Part shown: positions 16,020-24,514 of the stretch, one piece after another | Layout: the number at the start of each line of letters is the position of its first letter | Position numbering within the stretch: the stretch's first letter is position 1 | DNA from: Clostridia bacterium | Lineage (GTDB): Bacteria > Bacillota > Clostridia > Oscillospirales > Acutalibacteraceae | NCBI GenBank assembly: GCA_900759575.1 | Contig: CAAEVU010000073.1 | Span: 1 to 32,860 of the forward strand | Direction of reading: 5' to 3' | DNA length: 32,860 bases | Position numbers and translations under genes: made by a program | Notes under the pieces: model-generated | Seen by the model: only the letters and a program-made list of their open reading frames with translations | Told to the model about the DNA's origin: nothing | The model's database searches: none

Positions 16020-17024
16020 ATGAAACGAATTGGACAAAGCACGTTGGAGTTTGAACTTCCGCCCACCATTTTGAGCCATGGGGCAGTAGGGGGCAAAAAA
16101 GAGGCGGAGGGCCCTTTGGGCGCTGAGTTTGACCAGACGTTCCAAGACACCACCTTGGAGCAGGACAGCTGGGAAAAAGCGGAAGCCCAGCTTCAGAAAG
16201 AGGCGGTGACCGTAGCGCTGGGGAAAGCGGGCATCGGGCCGGAAAGCGTGGATTTCATTCTGGCGGGGGACCTTTTGAACCAGTGCATCTCTTCCACCTT
16301 TGGACTGATGGATTTTCAAATCCCCTTTTTAGGACAGTACGGAGCCTGCTCCACCATGGCACAGACCTTGCTCATGGCCACCATCCTGGTGGAAAGCGGG
16401 GCAGCGAAAAAAGCTCTGGCGGTGACCAGCTCCCATTTTTGCTCGGCAGAACGCCAGTTCCGGCTGCCTTTGGAATACGGAGGCCAGCGCTCCCCCACGG
16501 CCCAGTGGACCGCCACCGCATCGGGCTGCGTCCTGGTAGGGACCGGCGGTCCGGTGGAAATCCGCCGGGGACTGGCGGGAAGAATCCAGGATTTGGGAGT
16601 GAAAGACCCGGCCAATATGGGCGCTGCCATGGCCCCCGCGGCGGCGTCCAGTATTTTTCAGTTTTTGGAGGATACCCACACACGCCCGGAAGAGTATGAC
16701 GGCATTTTTACAGGGGACTTGGGACTGGTGGGTTCCCGGCTGCTCTATGAGTGTATGGACGACAACGGGATCGACCTGCGTCCGGTGCATCAGGATTGCG
16801 GACTGCTCTTATATGACCGGGAGCGGCAGGACGTTCACGCGGGAGGTTCAGGCTGCGGGTGCTCGGCAGGAGTGCTTTGCGGGCATCTGCTCCGCCTGAT
16901 GGAGCGGGGAAGACTCAAAAATATCCTGTTTTGCGCCACGGGGGCCCTCATGTCTCCCACGTCCCAGCAGCAAGGATTAGCCATTCCCGGAGTGTGCCAT
17001 GTGGTGCAGCTCGTGGCAAAATAA
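16020..17024 (+). CDS. spoVAD: Stage V sporulation protein AD (DPA-binding, thiolase-like)
   Basis: GKKEAEGPLG, SWEKAE, AGDLLNQC, YGACST, SSHFCSAERQFRLPLEYGGQR, MGAAMAPAA, GGSGCGCS, TGALMSP. Confidence 0.95.
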   Translation: MKRIGQSTLEFELPPTILSHGAVGGKKEAEGPLGAEFDQTFQDTTLEQDSWEKAEAQLQKEAVTVALGKAGIGPESVDFILAGDLLNQCISSTFGLMDFQIPFLGQYGACSTMAQTLLMATILVESGAAKKALAVTSSHFCSAERQFRLPLEYGGQRSPTAQWTATASGCVLVGTGGPVEIRRGLAGRIQDLGVKDPANMGAAMAPAAASSIFQFLEDTHTRPEEYDGIFTGDLGLVGSRLLYECMDDNGIDLRPVHQDCGLLLYDRERQDVHAGGSGCGCSAGVLCGHLLRLMERGRLKNILFCATGALMSPTSQQQGLAIPGVCHVVQLVAK

Positions 17025-17025
17025 G

Positions 17026-17063
17026 AAAAAGCCCTTTGAGGAGTGATTCCACAAAGGGCTTTT
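17026..17063. terminator. Bidirectional terminator between spoVAD and the phosphohexomutase
   Basis: AAAAAGCCCTTTG...CAAAGGGCTTTT. Confidence 0.8.
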
Positions 17064-17081
17064 GGTTTTGTTGAAAAAAGA

Positions 17082-18596
17082 TCAGGCGAATTTCTCCATG
17101 GGAGAAATGTCCACCCCTTCTTTATGGGCTTCCAGGAATTTCAGCAGCTTGCTGCCGATAGTCTGCACACCTCCGGCCACATCGCTTTCCAGGTTGATGG
17201 GCAGGATGGGATCGTGTACGGAAAGCCGCAGCAGGAACCAGCCTTCTCCTTCTCCCTTGGGGAAGGATACCCGAATGCCTTCCCGGTTGTCGGGAGCAAT
17301 GGCCCAGCCTTGCGCTTTGGCGTACTCTTCCAAAGCGTGGATCAGAGCTTCGCCCCGGGGACGGAATTCCGGATCGGTAATGGGCAGGCGGACTTCATCG
17401 GCTTCCACCGGTTCCCGCAAGGGGGCCAGCAGGTCTTCCAGTTCTTTGCCCTCTTTCCGCAAAGAAGCCATTTTGATCAGGATCTTGGTCACCAGATAGG
17501 CGCCGTCGTCCAGGAAGTGGTTTTCCCGCATAGCGGCGTGACCGCTGGTCTCAATGGCCAGGGGGCAGTTGATCCCTTCCGCGTTCAAACGAAGAGCTTC
17601 GTTGATCACGTTTTTGTAGCCGCGCTTGAACCGGTGATGCTTGCCGCCCAAGGTGTTTTCAATGTATTCTTTCAGTCCGTCGGAAGTGATGGAGTCGGTG
17701 ACAATGGTGCCTCCTTCGTTGCCTTCCAGGGCAATGGCGGAAGCCAAAGCCACCAAACGGTTCCGGTTGATCTCTTCGCCCCGGTTGTCCACAGCCGCGC
17801 CCCGGTCCACATCCGTGTCAAAGATCACGCCCAGGTCCGCGTGGGACTCCTTCACGGCCTTGCAGATGAAGGACATGGCAGTTTCGTTTTCCGGGTTGGG
17901 AATGTGGTTGGGGAACATGCCGTCGGGCTCCAAAAACTGGCTGCCAGAAATGTCCGCGCCCAAAGGCGCCAAAACATCGTTGGCGTAAAAGCCGCCCGCG
18001 CCGTTGCCGGCGTCCACCACAATGTGGAACCCTTTCAAGGGATGCTCATAATCCGCTGCGCCAACGCCTTTTTGAATGGTCTCCCGCAGCCGCTTGGCGT
18101 AATCTTTCATGTAGCCGCAGTCCTCCCGGGTGCCGGGCGCCTCCTGCTGGGGATGTTCCCCGTTTTGGGCAAGCTGCAGAATTTCTGTGATGTCCGGGGC
18201 ATCCAATCCGCCCTGGGGAGTGAAAAATTTCAACCCGTTCCGGTGATAGGGATGATGGCTGGCAGTGATCTGTACCGAGCAGTCGCAGGGAAGGTCCAAA
18301 GTGGCCCAGAACATGGAGGGTGTAGAGGCCAGACCGCAGTCCAACACATGTACGCCATATTTTAAGAACACCCGCTGCAGCGCCGCGCTGATCCTGTCCG
18401 CGGAAATGCGGGAATCGTGACCGATGGCGATGCGCATCCCCTCAGGCTGCTTGTTCAAGTGGCTTTCCGTCCACTTGAGGAAGGCCGCCGCAATGGTTTC
18501 CACAGCTTCGTCCGTAAGAGTGACCGGTTCGCCGGGCACGCCGTCCACAGCCACGCCGCGGATGTCCGTGCCGCTTTTTAACTTGAGATAATCCAT
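17082..18596 (-). CDS. Phosphoglucomutase/phosphomannomutase-family enzyme (504 aa)
   Basis: Start reassigned to ATG 18596 (RBS AAGGGGAG). SGTDIRG, ITASH phosphoserine loop, FPNHIPNPE, FDTDVDR metal loop, IETSGH. Confidence 0.92.
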   Translation of the reverse strand: MDYLKLKSGTDIRGVAVDGVPGEPVTLTDEAVETIAAAFLKWTESHLNKQPEGMRIAIGHDSRISADRISAALQRVFLKYGVHVLDCGLASTPSMFWATLDLPCDCSVQITASHHPYHRNGLKFFTPQGGLDAPDITEILQLAQNGEHPQQEAPGTREDCGYMKDYAKRLRETIQKGVGAADYEHPLKGFHIVVDAGNGAGGFYANDVLAPLGADISGSQFLEPDGMFPNHIPNPENETAMSFICKAVKESHADLGVIFDTDVDRGAAVDNRGEEINRNRLVALASAIALEGNEGGTIVTDSITSDGLKEYIENTLGGKHHRFKRGYKNVINEALRLNAEGINCPLAIETSGHAAMRENHFLDDGAYLVTKILIKMASLRKEGKELEDLLAPLREPVEADEVRLPITDPEFRPRGEALIHALEEYAKAQGWAIAPDNREGIRVSFPKGEGEGWFLLRLSVHDPILPINLESDVAGGVQTIGSKLLKFLEAHKEGVDISPMEKFA

Positions 18597-18625
18597 AATG
18601 AACTCCCCTTTCGTGATCTGCATCC

Positions 18626-18654
18626 ATTGTACCAAAATTCCCCGGAACATGCAA
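18626..18654 (-). promoter_or_regulatory. sigmaA promoter of the phosphohexomutase
   Basis: Minus strand TTGCAT-N17-TACAAT with TG extension. Confidence 0.6.
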
Positions 18655-18749
18655 TGTCCCTTTGGGGAAAAAGCTCCAAAAACAAAGGGAGGTTTTCCCC
18701 GCTTTGGGGAAGAGACAAACCTTAAGGGATACCTCTCTTGCCCTGCGGG

Positions 18750-18778
18750 TTGCATCTTTTTGGAAAGTGTGCTATGAT
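18750..18778 (+). promoter_or_regulatory. sigmaA promoter of the HPr-like/pyrE operon
   Basis: TTGCAT-N17-TATGAT with TGn extended -10. Confidence 0.6.
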
Positions 18779-18810
18779 GGCACCGGAACAAATTCAAAGG
18801 AGGGATGACT

Positions 18811-19077
18811 ATGTCACCCAAGATGGTAGAATTACATGATATCGATGTGCCCGCCTTTTTGAAGGTTCTGGACAGTTGTGAAGGCGAAGTCTATCTCATG
18901 ACCCGTGACGGCGACAGGCTGAATTTGAAGAGCAAGCTTTGCCAGCTGGTGGGCCTGACCGCGCTGATCGAGGGAGGCAAAATCGCCGAAGCCTTTGTCA
19001 TGTGCGAGAAGGAATCCGACGAGTCCAAATTGTTCCGGTTCAACCTGTATAAGACTCCGGAAGAGGAAGAGGAATAA
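18811..19077 (+). CDS. Small HPr-fold-like protein lacking the His15 motif
   Basis: FLKVLDSCEGEVYLMTRDGDRLNLKSKL aligns by eye with HPr [27 protein letters not shown] (Ser46 motif NLKS). There is no GIHARP motif. RBS AAGGAGG favours ATG 18811. Confidence 0.6.
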   Translation: MSPKMVELHDIDVPAFLKVLDSCEGEVYLMTRDGDRLNLKSKLCQLVGLTALIEGGKIAEAFVMCEKESDESKLFRFNLYKTPEEEEE

Positions 19078-19103
19078 CCCCCGGCGAGAAAGGAAGCAGA
19101 GCG

Positions 19104-19766
19104 ATGCTGACGGAAAAGAAAAAGGAATTTATTGAATTCATGCTTTCGGCCCAAGTGCTGCGCTTCGGCCATTTTGTGACAAAGAGCGGCCGAAATACCC
19201 AATACTTCGTAAATACCGGCAATTATAAGACCGGCGCCCAGCTTTCCCGGTTGGGCAGCTATTACGCCAGCCTGGTAAAAGAGACGGTAGGCGGCGATTT
19301 CGAGGCCATGTTTGGCCCGGCATATAAGGGCATTCCCTTGGCGACGGCTTGTTCCGTGGCTCTGTACCGGGATTTCGGCATTGACCGGCCCTATTTCTTC
19401 AACCGCAAAGAAGTGAAAGATCACGGCGAAGGCGGCGGAACCGTAGGCTATCAGCCCAACGACGGGGACCGTATCATCATCATCGAGGACGTGATTACCG
19501 CCGGCACCGCTGTGCGGGAGACCATGCCCATTTTGAAAGCCTGCGCCGATGTGAAAGTTCCCCATATGTTCATCAGCGTGGACCGCTGCGAGGTGGGACA
19601 CACTCCGGGCAAGACCGCCATCATGGAGGTAGAGGAAGAGTTCGGCGTGAAAGTTCATCCCATCGTCACCGTGGTGGATATCCACGAGTATCTGAAAAAT
19701 AACGGCACCGATCCGGAACTGATCAAAGCCATGGAAGGCTATATGGAGCAGTACTGCGTGCTGTGA
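19104..19766 (+). CDS. pyrE: Orotate phosphoribosyltransferase
   Basis: FGHFVTKSGR, FGPAYKGIP, FNRKEVKDHGEGG, PRPP motif IIIEDVITAGTA. Confidence 0.95.
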   Translation: MLTEKKKEFIEFMLSAQVLRFGHFVTKSGRNTQYFVNTGNYKTGAQLSRLGSYYASLVKETVGGDFEAMFGPAYKGIPLATACSVALYRDFGIDRPYFFNRKEVKDHGEGGGTVGYQPNDGDRIIIIEDVITAGTAVRETMPILKACADVKVPHMFISVDRCEVGHTPGKTAIMEVEEEFGVKVHPIVTVVDIHEYLKNNGTDPELIKAMEGYMEQYCVL

Positions 19767-19782
19767 CAGTGAAATGAATCAT

Positions 19783-19820
19783 AAAAGGGCCCCCGGTAAA
19801 AACCGAGGGCCTTTTCTTTT
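19783..19820. terminator. Bidirectional terminator between pyrE and the P-type ATPase
   Basis: AAAAGGGCCCCCGGT-AAAA-ACCGAGGGCCTTTTCTTTT. Confidence 0.75.
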
Positions 19821-19838
19821 GTATGTAAGTCCCAACGC

Positions 19839-22304
19839 TCACCGGGCGCCGTGGCGGGTAGAAGAGGCTTTTTTCTTTTTCCATTTTTTCAGCGGATAGA
19901 CAGGGCTTTGGGAATTGGCAATGACGTGGTCCACCAGATGGGTCAGGGTCAGCATCATCACAATGGCAAACAGCAGCATGGGAGCCAACGCAATGAGCAT
20001 GGGCAGGGTAAAGGTGGTGAGAGCAAAGAAATTGCTGAGGAACAGGGACGCTGCCACAAACCCGGCCAGCAATACGCCGAACAAAGCGCCACGCAAGCCG
20101 TTGAAAGGTGTGCTCACTTTGAACAGCATGATGAATCCGGTCAAGCTGGTGACGATCACCGCCAGAGTGGACATGTCCTGATTGGACAATCCCAAAGGCC
20201 CGCTGAGGGCGCAGAGCAGCACAATGTTGGCGGCCATTGTCAGAGCGGCGGGGATGCTCTGACGGATCACGTTCAGGATAAACTTTCCACGCAGCCGGTC
20301 CTTGTTGGGCTCCAGCGCCAAAATGAACGAAGGCGTGCCGATGGTCAGGGTGCTGATCAAGGTCTGCTGCACCGGCTGGAAGGGATAGGTGTAGTTGATG
20401 AAAATAAACAGCACAGCGATCAACGCGGAGAAAATGGTTTTGGACAGGAACAGGGCGCTGGACCGCTGCAAGTTGTTGATGGACCGCCGGCCTTCCTGGA
20501 CCACTAGGGGCATGGAGGCAAAGTTGGAATCCAGCAGCACCAGGCTGGACACGGTACGAGCCGCGTCGCTGCCCGAAGCCATGGCGATGGAGCAGTCCGA
20601 CTCTTTTAGAGCCAATACGTCGTTGACGCCGTCACCAGTCATGGCCACCGTGTGGCCTTGGGCCTTCAACGCTTTCACAAAGCCCAGTTTCTGCTGGGGA
20701 GTGACCCGGCCGAACACAGCGTATTCGCTGACCGCCCGACGGATGTCCTCTTCTGTGTGGAGGGTGGTGGCGTCCACGTATTTGTCGGCGTTTTCCAAAC
20801 CGGCTTTCCGGGCAATGTTGGCCACGGTCACCGCGTTGTCGCCGGAGATGACCTTCAGATCCACCCCTTGGTCCGCAAAGTACCGCAGGGTCCGGGGAGC
20901 TTCCCGGCGGATCTTGTCGCTGAGCAGGATCAAGCCCAACAGCTTGATCTGGCCGGGAAGTTCCTGACCCTGGAAATCCTCCGGACTGTGGACCAGCAAC
21001 AGAACACGCTGTCCCCTCTGGGAGTAGGATTCCACCTGTTCCCGGATGGTGTCGAAATCCTGGCCCAGAATGAATTCACCTGCGCCCATGATGTAAGACC
21101 CTTGGCCGGGGAAGAAGGCGCCGCTCCATTTCCGGGCAGAGGAGAAGGACACCAGGGTGGAAGCACGCCAGGGACTGGCTTCCGGCAGCCGGTCGTGGAT
21201 GGCCTGGAAGGTGGGGTTGTCGTCAGTCAGATTGGACATCAGCGCAGTGAGGGGGACGGTCATTTCTTGCTCGGTGACGCCTTCAAAGGGGACGAATTCA
21301 TCCACCTGCATGGTGCCTTCGGTGATGGTGCCGGTTTTGTCCAGGCAAAGGGTGTCCACCCGGGCCAGAGTCTCCACACAGTAAAGGTCCCGCACCAGGG
21401 TTTTGTGGGTGGAAAGCTTGACCACGCTCACGGCGAAACACACGCTGATCAGCAGTACCAAGCCCTCAGGAATCATGCCCACCATGGCGGCGGTGGTGCT
21501 GACCACCGAAGTCTGGATGTCGTCCCCCAGCACAAAGAACTGTTTCCAAAACAGCAGGGCGCCAATGGGGATGATGCCAAAACCCACCACTTTCACAATG
21601 TGGTCGATAGAGTCCATGATCTCCGAATTGCGTTTCTTGATGTATTTGGCGTCCCCGGTGATCTTCGTGGCGTAGTTGTCCGCGCCCACATGCTCCACCT
21701 GAGCCTGGCAGTTGCCGCTTACCACAAAACTGCCGGAAAGCAGGCTGTCTCCGGGGCGTTTGAGGATGGGGTCCGATTCTCCGGTGATCAGGGATTCGTT
21801 TACCTCACACTCTCCACCCACCACAATGGCGTCGGAGCAGATCTGGTTGCCGGAGGAAAGCAGTAGTATGTCATCCAGCACCACTTGCTCCACAGGGATG
21901 GACTTTTTCACGCCCTCCCGGAGCACCACGGCTTTCGGGGCGGAAACAATGGACAGCTTGTCCAACGTGCGCTTGGCGCGGATGCTTTGGAACGAGCCGA
22001 TTAGGATGTTGGCAAAAATAACTCCCAGAAATACAGCGCTTCGGAAGGAGCCTACTAGGATCACCGCAGCGGCCAGGATAAAGTTGAGCATGTTGAAGAA
22101 CGTGAATACGTTCTCCCGGATGATCTGGCCTTCGGTTTTTGTTTTGATACCGGTGGTGCCGTTGTGCAGGCCCTGGCGAATTCGCTGTTGGACCTGCTGC
22201 TGGGAAAGACCCACTTGGGGAGCGGGATGGAAACGCTCCGCTGTCTGCCTACGGGCGGACTGTGCTGCGGGACGTTGGGTGTCGCGGGTATGGCTGCGGG
22301 GCAA
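19839..22304 (-). CDS. Cation-transporting P-type ATPase (CtpE-like)
   Basis: NESLITGES, MIPEGLVLL, CLDKTGTITEG (phospho-Asp), FSSARKWS, KVISGDN, MTGDGVNDVLAL. TTG start with AGGAGG RBS. Confidence 0.9.
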   Translation of the reverse strand: MPRSHTRDTQRPAAQSARRQTAERFHPAPQVGLSQQQVQQRIRQGLHNGTTGIKTKTEGQIIRENVFTFFNMLNFILAAAVILVGSFRSAVFLGVIFANILIGSFQSIRAKRTLDKLSIVSAPKAVVLREGVKKSIPVEQVVLDDILLLSSGNQICSDAIVVGGECEVNESLITGESDPILKRPGDSLLSGSFVVSGNCQAQVEHVGADNYATKITGDAKYIKKRNSEIMDSIDHIVKVVGFGIIPIGALLFWKQFFVLGDDIQTSVVSTTAAMVGMIPEGLVLLISVCFAVSVVKLSTHKTLVRDLYCVETLARVDTLCLDKTGTITEGTMQVDEFVPFEGVTEQEMTVPLTALMSNLTDDNPTFQAIHDRLPEASPWRASTLVSFSSARKWSGAFFPGQGSYIMGAGEFILGQDFDTIREQVESYSQRGQRVLLLVHSPEDFQGQELPGQIKLLGLILLSDKIRREAPRTLRYFADQGVDLKVISGDNAVTVANIARKAGLENADKYVDATTLHTEEDIRRAVSEYAVFGRVTPQQKLGFVKALKAQGHTVAMTGDGVNDVLALKESDCSIAMASGSDAARTVSSLVLLDSNFASMPLVVQEGRRSINNLQRSSALFLSKTIFSALIAVLFIFINYTYPFQPVQQTLISTLTIGTPSFILALEPNKDRLRGKFILNVIRQSIPAALTMAANIVLLCALSGPLGLSNQDMSTLAVIVTSLTGFIMLFKVSTPFNGLRGALFGVLLAGFVAASLFLSNFFALTTFTLPMLIALAPMLLFAIVMMLTLTHLVDHVIANSQSPVYPLKKWKKKKASSTRHGAR

Positions 22305-22341
22305 AGAAATCCCCTCCTATTTCGCAAAATTCTTTACCCAA

Positions 22342-22370
22342 AGTATACACCAAGAAGGGAATGTTTCCAA
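22342..22370 (-). promoter_or_regulatory. sigmaA promoter of the P-type ATPase
   Basis: Minus strand TTGGAA-N17-TATACT. Confidence 0.55.
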
Positions 22371-22384
22371 GCTGGGAAGCCGCA

Positions 22385-22399
22385 GATTTTCAGAAAATT
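22385..22399. promoter_or_regulatory. CodY-box-like site
   Basis: GATTTTCAGAAAATT versus consensus AATTTTCWGAAAATT (14/15). Confidence 0.5.
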
Positions 22400-22519
22400 T
22401 CCGCTTTTCACCAATTTCGGGCAGTTCCCTTCCGGGAGCCTTCCCAATTATAGCCAAAAACCACAAGGAAAATTCCGGTAATTCCCGAAAATCCCAGGTT
22501 TTTCGCGGGATTGAAGGAT

Positions 22520-22548
22520 TTGACAGAAACAGCGAAAAAGAATATAAT
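22520..22548 (+). promoter_or_regulatory. Perfect-consensus sigmaA promoter of the ricin-domain gene
   Basis: TTGACA(22520-22525)-N17-TATAAT(22543-22548). Confidence 0.8.
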
Positions 22549-22607
22549 GCAGACAAGATAGGTTTTGTACACAATTCTTTAGGTAATATAGAAAGGATGT
22601 CTCACAA

Positions 22608-23375
22608 ATGGCTGGCAAAAAGACAGCGGAATTTATGATTGTTAACCGCAGAAGCGGTAAGGCCCTGCAGGCTACTGGCCTGGACAATGGCCTGGTAGTG
22701 GAGCAGGCTGAGCCCGCCAAAACCGACGCTCAGACTTGGACTTCGGTGGAAACGGAGAACGGCGTGAAGCTTTTCAACAAAGCTTCCGGAAAAGTGTTGG
22801 ATGTGATGGCAAACGGTACTGCCAACGGCACCTGGGCCCAGACCTGGGAAGACGTGGACGGCGAGAGCCAGCTGTGGAAGCTGGAAAATGTGACCACCAC
22901 TTATAAAAAGATTATCAACGTGATGGCTGGCAAAGCCCTGGACATTGTGGATATGAGCGACGAAGACGGTGCTCCTGCCCAGATTTGGGAAGATGTGGAC
23001 GGGGAAGGCCAGCAGTGGAAGTTTGTTTCCACCGCTCCCAAAGCTGCCACCAAGACGGTTCGCAAGCCTGCTGCGAAGAAGGCTGAACCCAAGGCAAAAG
23101 CGGAAGCAAAAACAGAGGAGAAGCCTGCCAAGCGCACTACCCGCGCCAAGGCGGAAACCAAGAAGGCCGCCGAGCCCAAGGTGGAAGCTCCTGCCGCTAC
23201 CGCTATGAAAGCTGAGCCTGCCAAGACTCTGAAAAAGCAGGAAGAAGCTCCCAAGACCTTGAAGAAACAGGAAGAGACCACCAAGGTCCTGAAGAAGCAG
23301 GAGGAAACTCCCAAAACCCTTACCAAAACCCAGCCTGCTGTGGAAAAGACCACCGGCAAGAACGGCAAGAAGTAA
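22608..23375 (+). CDS. Ricin-B (beta-trefoil) lectin-domain protein with Lys/Ala/Glu-rich histone-H1-like tail
   Basis: Three QxW subdomains (IVNRRSGKAL...QTW; LFNKASGKVLDV...QLW; IINVMAGKALDI...QQW), then KPAAKKAEPKAKAE... and three KTLKKQEE-like repeats. No signal peptide. RBS AAAGGA. Confidence 0.88.
   Translation: MAGKKTAEFMIVNRRSGKALQATGLDNGLVVEQAEPAKTDAQTWTSVETENGVKLFNKASGKVLDVMANGTANGTWAQTWEDVDGESQLWKLENVTTTYKKIINVMAGKALDIVDMSDEDGAPAQIWEDVDGEGQQWKFVSTAPKAATKTVRKPAAKKAEPKAKAEAKTEEKPAKRTTRAKAETKKAAEPKVEAPAATAMKAEPAKTLKKQEEAPKTLKKQEETTKVLKKQEETPKTLTKTQPAVEKTTGKNGKK
23221..23320 (+). repeat. 30-bp in-frame tandem repeat, about 3.3 copies (xKTLKKQEEx)
   Basis: ccaagactctgaaaaagcaggaagaagctc / ccaagaccttgaagaaacaggaagagacca / ccaaggtcctgaagaagcaggaggaaactc / ccaaaaccct. 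Confidence 0.9.
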
Positions 23376-23386
23376 GAAGGTGCTGG

Positions 23387-23421
23387 AAGGACGGCCCGCG
23401 AGGCGCCGTCCTTTTTTGTTT
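23387..23421 (+). terminator. Rho-independent terminator after the ricin-domain gene
   Basis: AAGGACGGC...GCCGTCCTTTTTTGTTT. Confidence 0.8.
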
Positions 23422-23439
23422 GGGGGAGAATTTTCCCCA

Positions 23440-23468
23440 TTTACAAAGACGCGAAAAAAAGGTATCAT
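23440..23468 (+). promoter_or_regulatory. sigmaA promoter of the PfkB kinase
   Basis: TTTACA-N17-TATCAT. Confidence 0.55.
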
Positions 23469-23513
23469 TATTGCAAAGCATGAAAGCATTTTTTTGGAAA
23501 GGCGGTTTCGGAC

Positions 23514-24488
23514 ATGGCAGAAATTGTATCCATGGGCGAGCTTTTGATTGATTTTACCCCGGTGGGGGAAACGGAGGACGGACGGCTGCTGTTTGCCCGC
23601 AATCCTGGTGGAGCGCCGGCCAATGTGGCGGTTCAGGCTTACCGGGCAGGAGTGAGCGCCGGGTTCTTGGGCCGGGTTGGCAAAGATATGTTTGGCGATT
23701 TTCTGGTGGGTACGCTGAAGGACTGCGGAGTGGACATCAGCGGTTTGAGTCAAGACCCGGATTACGCCACTACGCTGGCGTTTGTCCAGCTCAGTCCGGA
23801 AGGGGACCGGGACTTCAGCTTCTATCGGAATCCCGGTGCGGATACCCGGTTATCCTTTGAGGACACGGACCTTTCCCTTATCGACCAGTGCAAGCTGCTG
23901 TGCTTTGGGTCCCTGCTGATGACGGCGGAGCCTTCCCGTTCCGCGGTGGAGAAGCTGGTGGAGTATGCCCGGAAGCAAGGAAAAATCACCGCGTATGACC
24001 CCAACTGGCGTCCGCCTCTGTGGAAGGGCCGGGAAGAGGAAGGCGTGGAGCGCATGAAGAGCCTTGTGTCCAAAGCGGATATTATGAAGATTTCCGGCGA
24101 GGAGCTGGAACTTATCACCGGAAAAGAATCCATTGAGGAAGGCGCCTGGGCTCTGTTGGAACAGGGCGTTTCCCTGGTGGTGGTAACGCTGGGCGCTCAT
24201 GGATGCAAAGCCTTTGCCCCCGGCATCTCTGTGGCCAAGGAGACCTATGACACCCAGGTGAAGGACACCACCGGTTCTGGCGACAGCTTCTTTGGAGCGT
24301 TGTTGGCCAAGGTGGTCCAGTCTGGAAAACGTCCTTCCCAGTTGTCTCCGGAAGAGCTGGGAGATTTTCTGGATTTCGCCAATGCTGCGGGTTCCACTTG
24401 TGCCACAAAAACAGGCGCTATCCCTGCTTTACCCGATGTGGAAGCCATTGAGCAGTGCAGGAAAACCGTACCGCTGCTGCGGCTGTAA
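23514..24488 (+). CDS. PfkB-family sugar kinase (fructokinase-like)
   Basis: GELLIDF, PGGAPANVA, GRVGKDMFG, YDPNWRPPLW, VTLGAHG, VKDTTGSGDSF, FANAAG. Confidence 0.9.
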   Translation: MAEIVSMGELLIDFTPVGETEDGRLLFARNPGGAPANVAVQAYRAGVSAGFLGRVGKDMFGDFLVGTLKDCGVDISGLSQDPDYATTLAFVQLSPEGDRDFSFYRNPGADTRLSFEDTDLSLIDQCKLLCFGSLLMTAEPSRSAVEKLVEYARKQGKITAYDPNWRPPLWKGREEEGVERMKSLVSKADIMKISGEELELITGKESIEEGAWALLEQGVSLVVVTLGAHGCKAFAPGISVAKETYDTQVKDTTGSGDSFFGALLAKVVQSGKRPSQLSPEELGDFLDFANAAGSTCATKTGAIPALPDVEAIEQCRKTVPLLRL

Positions 24489-24514
24489 TGGGAACGGCAA
24501 CATAACTTGACAAA

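Noticed and set aside
18597..18821. 75-aa N-terminal extension of the phosphohexomutase
   Set aside because: It spans both divergent promoters; the RBS and family homology begin at ATG 18596.
23221..23320. 30-bp repeats as a possible CRISPR array
   Set aside because: They are contiguous, have no spacers, are in frame within a CDS, and no cas genes are present.
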